From sequence record NC_031107.2: DNA of 64,000 nt. One strand, given 5' to 3'. Below, piece by piece: positions 54,659 to 63,275 of this stretch (position 1 is the stretch's first letter; every line of letters starts with the position of its first letter). The notes under the pieces were generated by a model, which worked only from the letters and a program-made list of their open reading frames with translations, did no database searches and had not been told where the DNA came from. Made by a program: the position numbers and the translations under genes.

Positions 54659-55047
54659 TGGCCGGAAAGGAAATACTGCCAAACGGGAAAGCCGTGTACA
54701 CGTTCGACGACGGTACCGTCTTTTACGAAACCGGTAACACACTAGGAGAGCTGATCCCGGACTGTTACTATCTGGCGATTGGTAACTCCCATGTGTTTCC
54801 CGGTGGCCGTAATGGTATTCGTTTCAAGTGGTACTATTGCCCTCAGATTGTAGAAGATGAACGCTTTGAACATATCTGTAATGCCTTCCGCGAGACTGGG
54901 GGTGTTGAGCATGTTTGTCGCGTTAAGATCATTTCCAATGAGAACTACCAACTGGTTCTTCAATGGCTACACAATGACGCAATAGAAACACATCACTATC
55001 AGCCAGGTCATGGTGGTATCACCGCTACAGCTGAGCAGTTAAACTAA
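54658..55047 (+). CDS. Hypothetical protein, 129 aa
   Basis: GGAGG SD; TGATG coupling. Confidence 0.65.
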   Translation: MAGKEILPNGKAVYTFDDGTVFYETGNTLGELIPDCYYLAIGNSHVFPGGRNGIRFKWYYCPQIVEDERFEHICNAFRETGGVEHVCRVKIISNENYQLVLQWLHNDAIETHHYQPGHGGITATAEQLN

Positions 55048-55051
55048 GTGG

Positions 55052-55089
55052 TACCCTACTCCTCCTGGAGTAGGGTATTTCTTTTTTTT
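55052..55089 (+). terminator. Intrinsic terminator
   Basis: taccctactcc-tcct-ggagtagggta followed by a T tract. Confidence 0.8.
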
Positions 55090-55112
55090 GTCTCAGGGTT
55101 GATTAAAAATTA

Positions 55113-55191
55113 TTTCAGATATATATTACTTAGGTGAGAGTTAATACAAATCTCTCACTAATCGACCATTTAACCTAAAGGAAATTGTACA
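55113..55191 (+). promoter_or_regulatory. Early promoter/leader module
   Basis: tttcagatatatattacttag; GTGAGAG/CTCTCAC stem; TCGACCA; cctAAAGGA. Confidence 0.7.
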
Positions 55192-55614
55192 ATGAATACT
55201 ATCACTCTGAACGACAACGTACGCGCTCTGGCTAAATCTAACCCGACTGCACTGCTGACAGTAATTGGTTATTACACCACTGCTGGCAAAGTTAACGATA
55301 TCGATGTTGAAGCTTTCCAGAGGCATGTCACTCACGCTCAGAACCAGGTAGCGATGATGGCAGACCACAAACGTGAAGACTTCGACTCTGACCTCGCTTT
55401 CAATGACCAGGTGAACACGCTGACCATCATGCGTGAAATGCGCCTGGGCATGAACCATCCGTTTGAGGCGGATAACATCCCGGATATGATTGAAGAGATG
55501 TACGAGCGTATGCGCACTTACCCAGAAGTTAAAGCTGCGCGCAAAGCACTCTCTCAAACAACCAAAGACATGGAAGCGGCTTTCATGAACAAAGCGAAAG
55601 CTGAACTGTACTAA
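55192..55614 (+). CDS. Hypothetical early protein, 140 aa
   Basis: High-expression codons; followed by hairpin gggagagcc-ta-ggctctccc. Confidence 0.75.
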   Translation: MNTITLNDNVRALAKSNPTALLTVIGYYTTAGKVNDIDVEAFQRHVTHAQNQVAMMADHKREDFDSDLAFNDQVNTLTIMREMRLGMNHPFEADNIPDMIEEMYERMRTYPEVKAARKALSQTTKDMEAAFMNKAKAELY

Positions 55615-55696
55615 GTAACAACCGGGAGAGCCTAGGCTCTCCCTTCTCTTATTCTAACTCTAAAATTCAACTCACAAGACAATAAGGAAATTCACC

Positions 55697-55930
55697 ATGC
55701 GTAACTCATTCACCGCTACTACTACTTCTGTAATCAACGCTGCAAACAACGGTACCAAAACTGTCTCTCGTAAACCAGACCTGCTGGACGTGCTTCTGAA
55801 ACTGTCTCACACCGAACGTGAAGCAGTGATGAAAGAACTGAAACGTGGCAACGAACTGGTTGACAAACTGGACGTAGTTTACGGTAACAAAGACAAAAAA
55901 GAATCTGGCGGCCTCCTGTTCATGGCCTAA
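55697..55930 (+). CDS. Hypothetical early protein, 77 aa
   Basis: TAAGGA SD; high-expression codons. Confidence 0.7.
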   Translation: MRNSFTATTTSVINAANNGTKTVSRKPDLLDVLLKLSHTEREAVMKELKRGNELVDKLDVVYGNKDKKESGGLLFMA

Positions 55931-56023
55931 GGTGTGCGTATGCAAATGCAACATTTGCGATGTTGACGTCCTGGGGTAGCCCTGGGGCGTCAAGCACCTT
56001 ACACTGCCAATTCTTTTTTTTTT
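55928..56023 (+). ncRNA. Candidate structured RNA (three-way junction) followed by a U tract
   Basis: Closing stem TAAGGTG/CACCTTA encloses a 7-bp hairpin and a 14-bp hairpin with three G-U pairs. Confidence 0.4.
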
Positions 56024-56062
56024 CGTTTGCCCTCAGGTTGTGATACCCTCTTGATTTAAATC

Positions 56063-56118
56063 TGTTCTCCTGGCGGAAAATGCTATGCAGTAAACCGACC
56101 TTTAATCACAGGAGAGCA
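56063..56118 (+). promoter_or_regulatory. Anti-Shine-Dalgarno leader structure
   Basis: TGTTCTCCTG pairs with CAGGAGAGCA (10 bp, one G-U), covering the AGGAG SD. Confidence 0.5.
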
Positions 56119-56120
56119 CC

Positions 56121-57935
56121 ATGACCACCCAAGCGATGGCCGTCATTTCATTTGATCGTTGTGCTTCTATTGGCGCACTGCGCGCAACCGAACCTGCTCA
56201 ACCGGGTCAGCGAATCGATTTGAAAGAATATAGCCAGGGCACTGGCTACGGCGGTGGTTATTTCGTCCACGACGAAAACGACAAGACCACACCGGACGAT
56301 GGGGGCTATTGTGTCGTGACGCCACAAGGCGCGCGCTGGAAACGTGCACTGAACTCGCTGCACGAAATCAACATCTGTCACTTCGGGGCAGTTGGTGGTG
56401 GTAAGGTAGATACGTCTGACGCATTTGACCGCATGATGCGTTGGTCACAAAAGAACATCCCGGCACTGGGTGTACAATATCCTGCGGGGACATTCAAACT
56501 TAACAAATACGTGAACACGGCCTACCTGGATAAGTTCCGTGTAGCCGGGGCCCCCGTCAACGCCGACTTCGGTTATTTCGACGCGACGACGATTGTAACG
56601 GATGACGCCGAGGGTGTTATCTTTACTATCAACGCACGTCGTACGGCGATTGCGCACATCAACTTTGATGGGTCAGTTGACCCCGATGCGCCGAAAGATA
56701 AAAAGGTGGCTGGACGTAAAGGTTTTCTGGTTAACACCTGTGCCGGGGGTCAATACTTCCGCGTCAGTAACTGGACAAGTTCATTTGTTGGGGGTGTTGG
56801 CTTTGACATCCTCGATGCGCTTGATACCAAATTCGACCAGTTCTATATCTCCAAGCACACCAACACCTTTATTCGTGGGCGTTGGTCAGGTCAATCTTGG
56901 GGCACCTGGGATCACCAGACGGCTATCGAGCTGTCGAACTTCAACCTGCAACAGTGTACTGGCCCACATGTGTTAGACCTGCCGCGTGCGACCCAGTCGC
57001 AGATTACTAACGGCTGGATTGAACACACTGAGAACCCTGGCGACCTGTCAGACGGCCACTGGCTGATTGACAACTTCTCCATCGAAGACTCGGGTAAAAT
57101 GCTGATTCAAAACGCCCGCCTGACGCGTCACCATATCAACCTGCAAGGGACGAGTGGTTTCGATAAAGGCACGGGTGTATCGAACTGGCCGGGCCTGTCC
57201 GGCTACGAGAAAGGTGATCTGCAACTCGAGTGGCACGGTATTGAAGTGGCAGGTTCTATCGCAGCGAAATACTTCTCGCCAATCGGACGTCTCGATAATA
57301 ACCGTGGCTCCTCGCAATGGTTCTATTTGGGCTTTGTCCGTACCACCGGTGTGGGTGAGAACGTTAAGATTACCCTGCAAGGTACCCGTGGATACAATGC
57401 CGTAAACGCATCTGAAAACCGTCTTGGCGGTGGTGGAAGTGCACACGGTGCAGGTATCATTAGCATCAAAACCGTGTCTTCTAACTACGTGGATGTACAG
57501 TGGGATGGTGAAGGTGCTTGCCCGGTGAAGAACGTCAAGTTCACCAAACCGTTCAAAAATAACTGCCATCTGTTCGTTGAGCTGTTCGACTGGACGCGTT
57601 ATGTTTCTCCGAAAGTGGAAACCACGTCGAAGTCACGCTTCGAAGCGGGTATTCCGTTCGAGTTCAAATTCGAAGGGACTACGATTACGCTTGATGAAAT
57701 GCAGGCCATGGCAGATGCACAGACAACCGCTGCGGGTAGCACCGTGACGTTGAATGACGCTGTCACCGGTATGTATCTCGGGGCGAAGAACGGCATTGGC
57801 TGGAACGGTAACGGTGAGCTCCTGCTGCGCTTTGCGCTGCAAGACGGCTACCTGCCGGTGAAGATTACCGACCCGGTAACGGAGCGGGTGACGCAAGGTT
57901 ACATCAAGGTTGAATCGTCTATTCCGGCGAAGTAA
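56121..57935 (+). CDS. Beta-helix tailspike/polysaccharide depolymerase-like protein (AmsF/WcaM-like), 604 aa
   Basis: Tailspike-type N-terminus (GGG.F...D...DDGG....GARWKR); FGAVGGGKVDTSDAF..PAGTF pectate-lyase-like first rung. Confidence 0.6.
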   Translation: MTTQAMAVISFDRCASIGALRATEPAQPGQRIDLKEYSQGTGYGGGYFVHDENDKTTPDDGGYCVVTPQGARWKRALNSLHEINICHFGAVGGGKVDTSDAFDRMMRWSQKNIPALGVQYPAGTFKLNKYVNTAYLDKFRVAGAPVNADFGYFDATTIVTDDAEGVIFTINARRTAIAHINFDGSVDPDAPKDKKVAGRKGFLVNTCAGGQYFRVSNWTSSFVGGVGFDILDALDTKFDQFYISKHTNTFIRGRWSGQSWGTWDHQTAIELSNFNLQQCTGPHVLDLPRATQSQITNGWIEHTENPGDLSDGHWLIDNFSIEDSGKMLIQNARLTRHHINLQGTSGFDKGTGVSNWPGLSGYEKGDLQLEWHGIEVAGSIAAKYFSPIGRLDNNRGSSQWFYLGFVRTTGVGENVKITLQGTRGYNAVNASENRLGGGGSAHGAGIISIKTVSSNYVDVQWDGEGACPVKNVKFTKPFKNNCHLFVELFDWTRYVSPKVETTSKSRFEAGIPFEFKFEGTTITLDEMQAMADAQTTAAGSTVTLNDAVTGMYLGAKNGIGWNGNGELLLRFALQDGYLPVKITDPVTERVTQGYIKVESSIPAK

Positions 57936-57940
57936 TACCC

Positions 57941-57977
57941 AGGGAGGCTTCGGCCTCCCTTTTCCCTTTCTTTTTTT
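57941..57977 (+). terminator. Intrinsic terminator (UUCG loop)
   Basis: agggaggc-ttcg-gcctccct followed by T tracts. Confidence 0.8.
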
Positions 57978-58046
57978 GCCCCTTTTATTATGCTGGCAGG
58001 GGGTCATAGACGTGACCTCAACAATCCCTTTAAACGAGTTAACGCG

Positions 58047-58844
58047 ATGTCTCTTACTTCTAAACAGAATCTGCTAAAACTCATCAACGAAGAAAACCAA
58101 ATTAGCCCACCGCTAACCTTGGACGACGTTGATATTGGACTGCCAGAGGTGGTGTCAGTAGATGGGCGTGATTCGCAGGTAGTATTGACTTCCAAGATGC
58201 GCGGGGATGAAGGTTCCCAGGTGACAGTGGATTATCACCGTCGCCCATTAGAAGATTACCTGAAAGACAATAACGTCTTTGGTGATGAAGATGTGCATAC
58301 CACGCACGACTTACTCACCGCGATAAACGAACGGTTTGGGTTGAAGATTGTGGCTGAGGATATCGAAGATAATCCAGTCACTGGCACATCCCATGATGTC
58401 GTAGCAGTAACCGATTCCCACGAGTGGCGAAGCGTTGCTGTTATCCAAATCAAACCGGCAACACCCCTGGCGGATGTGATTCCAAACACGGAGCTGGACG
58501 GTCTTCTGTACCCTGATCATCAAGACACGCAATTCGGTCAAGCGTATATCTATTCGCGCGACGTCGACTGCAGCCACATCTCACCGTTCCTGAGCAAATT
58601 AGCAGTAGGTATCGATGTAGATGACACAGCGTTAGCAGTAGAGTTAAACAAATGCGTGCCCGAGATTTGGGTGGCACAAGACACCCCGGCACCGTACAAC
58701 CTCCGTAATGCGAAAGTCATCTTTGATGGCGTTCCTGCGGACTTACCGGGTGCGAATGAGAAGTATGCCAAAGTGGTTTCAGTGGAACTCACTGACCTTT
58801 GCACAAACTTCCGTGGTGCTTTGAACTTACACTTTAACAACTAG
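58047..58844 (+). CDS. Tail-associated paralog family member, 265 aa
   Basis: LLKLINEEN, DYHRRPL, INERFGLKIVAEDI, LDGLLYP, GQAYIYS, C-terminal LHFN. Confidence 0.65.
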   Translation: MSLTSKQNLLKLINEENQISPPLTLDDVDIGLPEVVSVDGRDSQVVLTSKMRGDEGSQVTVDYHRRPLEDYLKDNNVFGDEDVHTTHDLLTAINERFGLKIVAEDIEDNPVTGTSHDVVAVTDSHEWRSVAVIQIKPATPLADVIPNTELDGLLYPDHQDTQFGQAYIYSRDVDCSHISPFLSKLAVGIDVDDTALAVELNKCVPEIWVAQDTPAPYNLRNAKVIFDGVPADLPGANEKYAKVVSVELTDLCTNFRGALNLHFNN

Positions 58845-58853
58845 GGGGTCTGA

Positions 58854-59687
58854 GTGTCTATTTACAATAAGCCCTCGCGTGAGATGTTGTTAGAGGCGAT
58901 TAACAAACAGAACAACACCAACCTGACCTGGAACCAGATTGCATCTGGCTATCCGGAAATCATTCAGTCTGAAGGTGCTGAGCGCAATACGCGTGTGCTG
59001 CTTTATGGGCTGAACGGTCAGGGGTATAAAGGTACGGTTAACATTGAGTACGACCGTATTGACATGCCGACGTTGTTCCGGGGTTTGGTGCCGGTTGTTA
59101 TCACCAACCCGAAAGACAAGCTTTCTGATTTACTTCCGTTCTTAAACGAGAAGTATGGCCTGTCGTTGATTGCTGACGATATCGTTGACCAGTCGGTCAA
59201 GGACTTAGGCGACAGCTGGTTATTAGATGTCGCTATCAAACCGGGTTGTCTGGCCTGGCAGGGTGGGTTTACTCTCCGCTTTGCGAAGTTTATTCCTGAC
59301 CTGAAAGACATCATCGCGGATGTTGATTTAAGCGTGATTATTGCGCCGTATAGCGTGGGGGCTAAACCGCACGCAGAATACGTGGCGTACGGTTACGACT
59401 GGTCAGAGTTATCCACGTCTTTCACCAAAGACTGGGCAGTTAACCGGCTGTTAACGGTTGACGATGTGAATGCGCTGAACGAAGTGGTGCCGTTGAAGTT
59501 TGCGTTTACCACAGGGGCAGCGGCGCAGCCAGGTGAGATTGCGTTGTTTGGGGCGAAGTTCAAAGGTGTCACTGCGGTTACGCCTAACTCCAAATACGAC
59601 GAAGCTTACCAACGTGTTGCGACGCTTGAGTTAGACCCGGACAGCAACTACACGGGCTCACTTATCCTTCACTTCCAGCCGGTATAA
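58854..59687 (+). CDS. Tail-associated paralog family member, 277 aa
   Basis: LLEAINKQN, EYDRIDM, LNEKYGLSLIADDI, C-terminal LHFQ. Confidence 0.65.
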   Translation: MSIYNKPSREMLLEAINKQNNTNLTWNQIASGYPEIIQSEGAERNTRVLLYGLNGQGYKGTVNIEYDRIDMPTLFRGLVPVVITNPKDKLSDLLPFLNEKYGLSLIADDIVDQSVKDLGDSWLLDVAIKPGCLAWQGGFTLRFAKFIPDLKDIIADVDLSVIIAPYSVGAKPHAEYVAYGYDWSELSTSFTKDWAVNRLLTVDDVNALNEVVPLKFAFTTGAAAQPGEIALFGAKFKGVTAVTPNSKYDEAYQRVATLELDPDSNYTGSLILHFQPV

Positions 59688-59696
59688 GGATAAACG

Positions 59697-60551
59697 ATGC
59701 CTATTTTAAACACAGCCGAAAAGCTGATACTCGCCGAAATTAACGTCGAGAACGGGTTAGACTTAAAGGACAACGAAGTTAGCTTCGGCGTTCCCTCTAT
59801 CCCGACTGAACCGGATGACGCCACCAAAGCCAATGGACATAACTCCATGGTGCGGGTACAGGCGTTGCCGATTGCCAATGCCACGGGTCACACCACGGTT
59901 TACTACGACCGCTTAGATTTCAGTGAGATGTTCACCGGACTCGACGGCATCCAACCCCTGCGCGTGCCTGCCCGGTTGGATTCGGTCTTTACGGCACATG
60001 ACGTCGTCCCGCTTATCAATCAGTATTACGGATTAAAGCTCAAGACGTCAGATGTGGAGAACACCGACATTAACCGCTCCTCGTGGGTGGTGGAGTTGGT
60101 GGCTACCGCAGACTCGTTAGGGTGGTTAGGCAGCATTGAGGTGCAGCTGTTACCGGGCGATGCGTTGCTCCCCAGTAACTTTGACCCGACATCTGTTAAC
60201 CCGTACGAGTACCCGTACTTTAATACCAAGGTTGGTCAGGGGGCGGTGTACGGCTACCCTTGGCGCTTCGACGACTACGCTGTGGAACTCGCAGCGATGG
60301 GCGCAAGTGCAACGGATGCGAAACTTGTTCGTCTGGCGCAGATTCTCCAGAAAGTCACAAGTGACCTCTGGACGGTGTATCGTAACCCGATAAATTTCAA
60401 CCTGAAAGAGACGACTTTCGTCTATAACGGGAAGAACACCGTTGCGTTCCCAACGAACCCGTCTTACGACAATGTACTGGTGATTGAACTGTCACTGTAT
60501 TGCCTAAACCTCGGTGGGCGTATGTACATTCACTACAACGACCCTGAATAA
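59697..60551 (+). CDS. Tail-associated paralog family member, 284 aa
   Basis: YYDRLDF, INQYYGLKLKTSDV, GQGAVYGY, C-terminal IHYN. Confidence 0.65.
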   Translation: MPILNTAEKLILAEINVENGLDLKDNEVSFGVPSIPTEPDDATKANGHNSMVRVQALPIANATGHTTVYYDRLDFSEMFTGLDGIQPLRVPARLDSVFTAHDVVPLINQYYGLKLKTSDVENTDINRSSWVVELVATADSLGWLGSIEVQLLPGDALLPSNFDPTSVNPYEYPYFNTKVGQGAVYGYPWRFDDYAVELAAMGASATDAKLVRLAQILQKVTSDLWTVYRNPINFNLKETTFVYNGKNTVAFPTNPSYDNVLVIELSLYCLNLGGRMYIHYNDPE

Positions 60552-60571
60552 TCCTGCTAAAGGAAGTTAGA

Positions 60572-61468
60572 ATGAAACCTTTAAACAAAACGTCCGACGT
60601 CCTGGTTCTGGACTTCATCAACGAGAAGAACAGCGGGGCTAATCTCGACCTGTCCAAAATCATTCTGGGCACGCCTGTTGAAAACACCGGGGATGACAAA
60701 GCTGACCGCAACACCGCGATGGATGTAAAGGCACGTAAGAACTCCGGTTACATTGGTGACCAGGGTGTGACCTACAACCGTCTGGACGGTGAAAAGCTGT
60801 TCCTGAACGTGACTGCGTACATCGACGTGAAAACGCCGAAAACCACCACTGACCTGCTGCCAAAACTGAACGAGCAGTACGGTCTGAAACTGACCGCAGA
60901 CGATATCGTCCCGGCGGCCATTCCGGACAACACCAACCCACCGGTGACCAACCCGGAAGATCCAGACCCGGCTCCGGTTGATCACGAAATCGTGTTCAAA
61001 GATGACTGCTACGCCTTCCTGGGTAAAATCCCGGTGAAAATCGGTGCCAAGCCACAGGTTGGTGAGCGTCTGAGCCTGGTTATCACCCAGACCCAGCTCG
61101 ACGGTCTGGTGTACCCGGATACGCCGGTTGAAGATAAAGGCCAGGCGTACATCTACTCCTACGGTGTGGATTGCTCGGCTATCGGCCAGTTCCTGGATGT
61201 ACAGGCTACCGGTGTAATGGCGAACGATACTGCATTTGCCGTTGAGCTGAACAAAGTGGTTCCGGAACTGTGGGTTGCGGAAGATGCCTCTAAGGACTAC
61301 AACCTGAAAGGCGCGAACGTGACATACGTGGGTCTGACTGCAGACGACGGCACCGGCAAACCGGTTGAAGGCGCAAACACCGCTTACAACAAAGTGATGC
61401 TGCTGGAGCTGGATGATACCAAATGCTCTAACTTCACGGGTACCATGTTCCTGCACTTCAACGCCTAA
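60572..61468 (+). CDS. Tail-associated paralog family member (high-expression codons), 298 aa
   Basis: YNRLDG, LNEQYGLKLTADDI, LDGLVYP, GQAYIYSY, C-terminal LHFN; Pro/Asp-rich insert. Confidence 0.65.
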   Translation: MKPLNKTSDVLVLDFINEKNSGANLDLSKIILGTPVENTGDDKADRNTAMDVKARKNSGYIGDQGVTYNRLDGEKLFLNVTAYIDVKTPKTTTDLLPKLNEQYGLKLTADDIVPAAIPDNTNPPVTNPEDPDPAPVDHEIVFKDDCYAFLGKIPVKIGAKPQVGERLSLVITQTQLDGLVYPDTPVEDKGQAYIYSYGVDCSAIGQFLDVQATGVMANDTAFAVELNKVVPELWVAEDASKDYNLKGANVTYVGLTADDGTGKPVEGANTAYNKVMLLELDDTKCSNFTGTMFLHFNA

Positions 61469-61476
61469 TGGCACGC

Positions 61477-61518
61477 TAGGGGGAGGCTATCCTCCTCCTA
61501 GCACTGCTTTCTTTTTTC
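61477..61518 (+). terminator. Probable terminator
   Basis: ctagggggagg-ctat-cctcctcctag imperfect stem followed by a T-rich tract. Confidence 0.5.
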
Positions 61519-61536
61519 TGTGCCGAGGAGGCTGCT

Positions 61537-62373
61537 ATGGCGATCTATAGTCAGTCTCAGCGACAGTATCTCTTTGATGCAATCAATGCGGAGAACCCTG
61601 GGGCGATTATGCCTATGGGGTTGAACAACGCACTTATCGGAACCCCGAAAGCGATTGCACCTACTGAGACCGGTGCCAATACCGAGATTGTCATCCGTGG
61701 CCGTCAAGGTCGTGGTTACGCGGGCGGACAAACCTTCCGCTACAAGCGTCTGTCGCTGAACGACTTATTCAAGAACATGACCCCAACGGTCACATCACCC
61801 CAGGCATACGGTGCGCTGTATACTGAGCCGAAGAAACTGGCGTTTGTGCAAAACGTGAATGCCCGTTACGGACTCAACCTGGAAGCCGGTGATATCCCAG
61901 ACATCTACGTGTACCTGAACAACAAGAACACGGTGAACGTGCTCGCTACCTGTGTTCAGTACACCGGGGGCTTTACCTTTAATTCGGTTAAGGGTAAGAA
62001 CGCCCTCGAAGAAGGGATTCTGGATGACGTGTTGAGTGTCCTGAAACACCCCATTGAGGCAAAAGACAAGAAGCTTTGTGTCACGATGCTGGGTTACGGC
62101 CATGATTTCACAGACGAGCCGCAAATCATGCAGAGCTTTGTGAATGGGCGTATGGATGTGGGGGCAAACTTTACCAGTGGGGCCAGTGATAACCTGGTAA
62201 CGCTGTTGGTGAGTCGTGGACTCCCGTCTTTCGACTATACCGGGGCCAGTATTAAACGTGTGAAAACCACCGCCGAATCGCGTGCGAATAAATTGTACGA
62301 TAACGTGCTGGTTATCACCAACGTTAACGATCCTTACGTCGGTGGCGATTGGCTGCTGCACTACAACGATTAG
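61537..62373 (+). CDS. Tail-associated paralog family member, 278 aa
   Basis: LFDAINAEN, RYKRLSL, VNARYGLNLEAGDI, C-terminal LHYN. Confidence 0.65.
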   Translation: MAIYSQSQRQYLFDAINAENPGAIMPMGLNNALIGTPKAIAPTETGANTEIVIRGRQGRGYAGGQTFRYKRLSLNDLFKNMTPTVTSPQAYGALYTEPKKLAFVQNVNARYGLNLEAGDIPDIYVYLNNKNTVNVLATCVQYTGGFTFNSVKGKNALEEGILDDVLSVLKHPIEAKDKKLCVTMLGYGHDFTDEPQIMQSFVNGRMDVGANFTSGASDNLVTLLVSRGLPSFDYTGASIKRVKTTAESRANKLYDNVLVITNVNDPYVGGDWLLHYND

Positions 62374-62384
62374 GAATAAAACGA

Positions 62385-63272
62385 ATGGCAATCTATCAAC
62401 CATCGAAGGACGTCATTCTGGCTGCTATCAATGCACAGAACTCCATCAGCGTAAAGCAGACGGACATTGTGTACAGCGCGCCGAAAGACATTCGTGGTAC
62501 CGATAAAGGTAACACGACCAAAAAGAATACCCAGGTAAAAGTGACCGCCGATGGCGTTGCCGGGTCTACCTGGTCAGGTAAGAAGAACGTCTTCTACGAC
62601 CGTCTGCAAATCCAGGACTTGGTTACCCTGATTGGTGACACGCTCTATATCGGGCCATCCAACACCAGTCTGCAAGCGGCGATTCCAGCCCTGAACCTGC
62701 GTTACGGTTTTGTGTTTGAAACGGCTGATTTGCTGGAAGCAGAAATTGTCTGGAACGATGACAAGACTGCCGGTACCGTGAAGGTTACCGCGAACCCAAC
62801 CTCACTGGGCTGGATTGGCGAGTACAACTTCAAAGTCGCGAAGGGTGACGAATCTCTGCCGTCGAAAGTGACGACCAGTACGCTGTCTGGTCTGAAATAC
62901 CCGAACGGGCAGATGGGTTCCGAAACGGTCAGTGCAACAATTGCACAGGTGTACTCGTACCCGTACGACTTCACGCAGTACCACGACCTGTTCAAGTCCT
63001 TCGTACCGGGCGTACTGACGGGCGACAACCTGGCGAACTTCGTCAATGCGATGAACGCTATCACCGGCGGCTCGTGGGTCACCACCAACAACGCCACCTG
63101 GGGTCTGTCTGGGGCAGAAGTCATCTCTATCGGTGCCAACGACCCAGTCGCGATGCCGACCAACGCGAAGTACAGCTTCGTGCTGGCTGTGAAGATGCCT
63201 GCGTCCAACACCGCCGTTGTGGGTACCATGTATCTGCAGTTCAATAAGCCTGAAGACCCGAACGAGGTGTAA
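62385..63272 (+). CDS. Tail-associated paralog family member, 295 aa
   Basis: ILAAINAQN, FYDRLQI, LNLRYGFVFETADL, C-terminal LQFN. Confidence 0.65.
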   Translation: MAIYQPSKDVILAAINAQNSISVKQTDIVYSAPKDIRGTDKGNTTKKNTQVKVTADGVAGSTWSGKKNVFYDRLQIQDLVTLIGDTLYIGPSNTSLQAAIPALNLRYGFVFETADLLEAEIVWNDDKTAGTVKVTANPTSLGWIGEYNFKVAKGDESLPSKVTTSTLSGLKYPNGQMGSETVSATIAQVYSYPYDFTQYHDLFKSFVPGVLTGDNLANFVNAMNAITGGSWVTTNNATWGLSGAEVISIGANDPVAMPTNAKYSFVLAVKMPASNTAVVGTMYLQFNKPEDPNEV

Positions 63273-63275
63273 TGT

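Noticed and set aside
7369-55077. Recurring palindromic units as a CRISPR-like array
   Set aside because: The copies are kilobases apart, sit at gene ends with U tracts and have no regular spacers; they are terminators.
55928-56001. Possible tRNA
   Set aside because: Only two internal arms, no GTTCRA T-loop, no 7-nt anticodon loop and no CCA end; kept only as a generic structured RNA.
60581-61474. 297-aa antisense ORF over a tail paralog, and similar antisense ORFs (4059..4733, 41235..42053, 61795..62403)
   Set aside because: Same codon-bias artefact on strongly biased sense genes.
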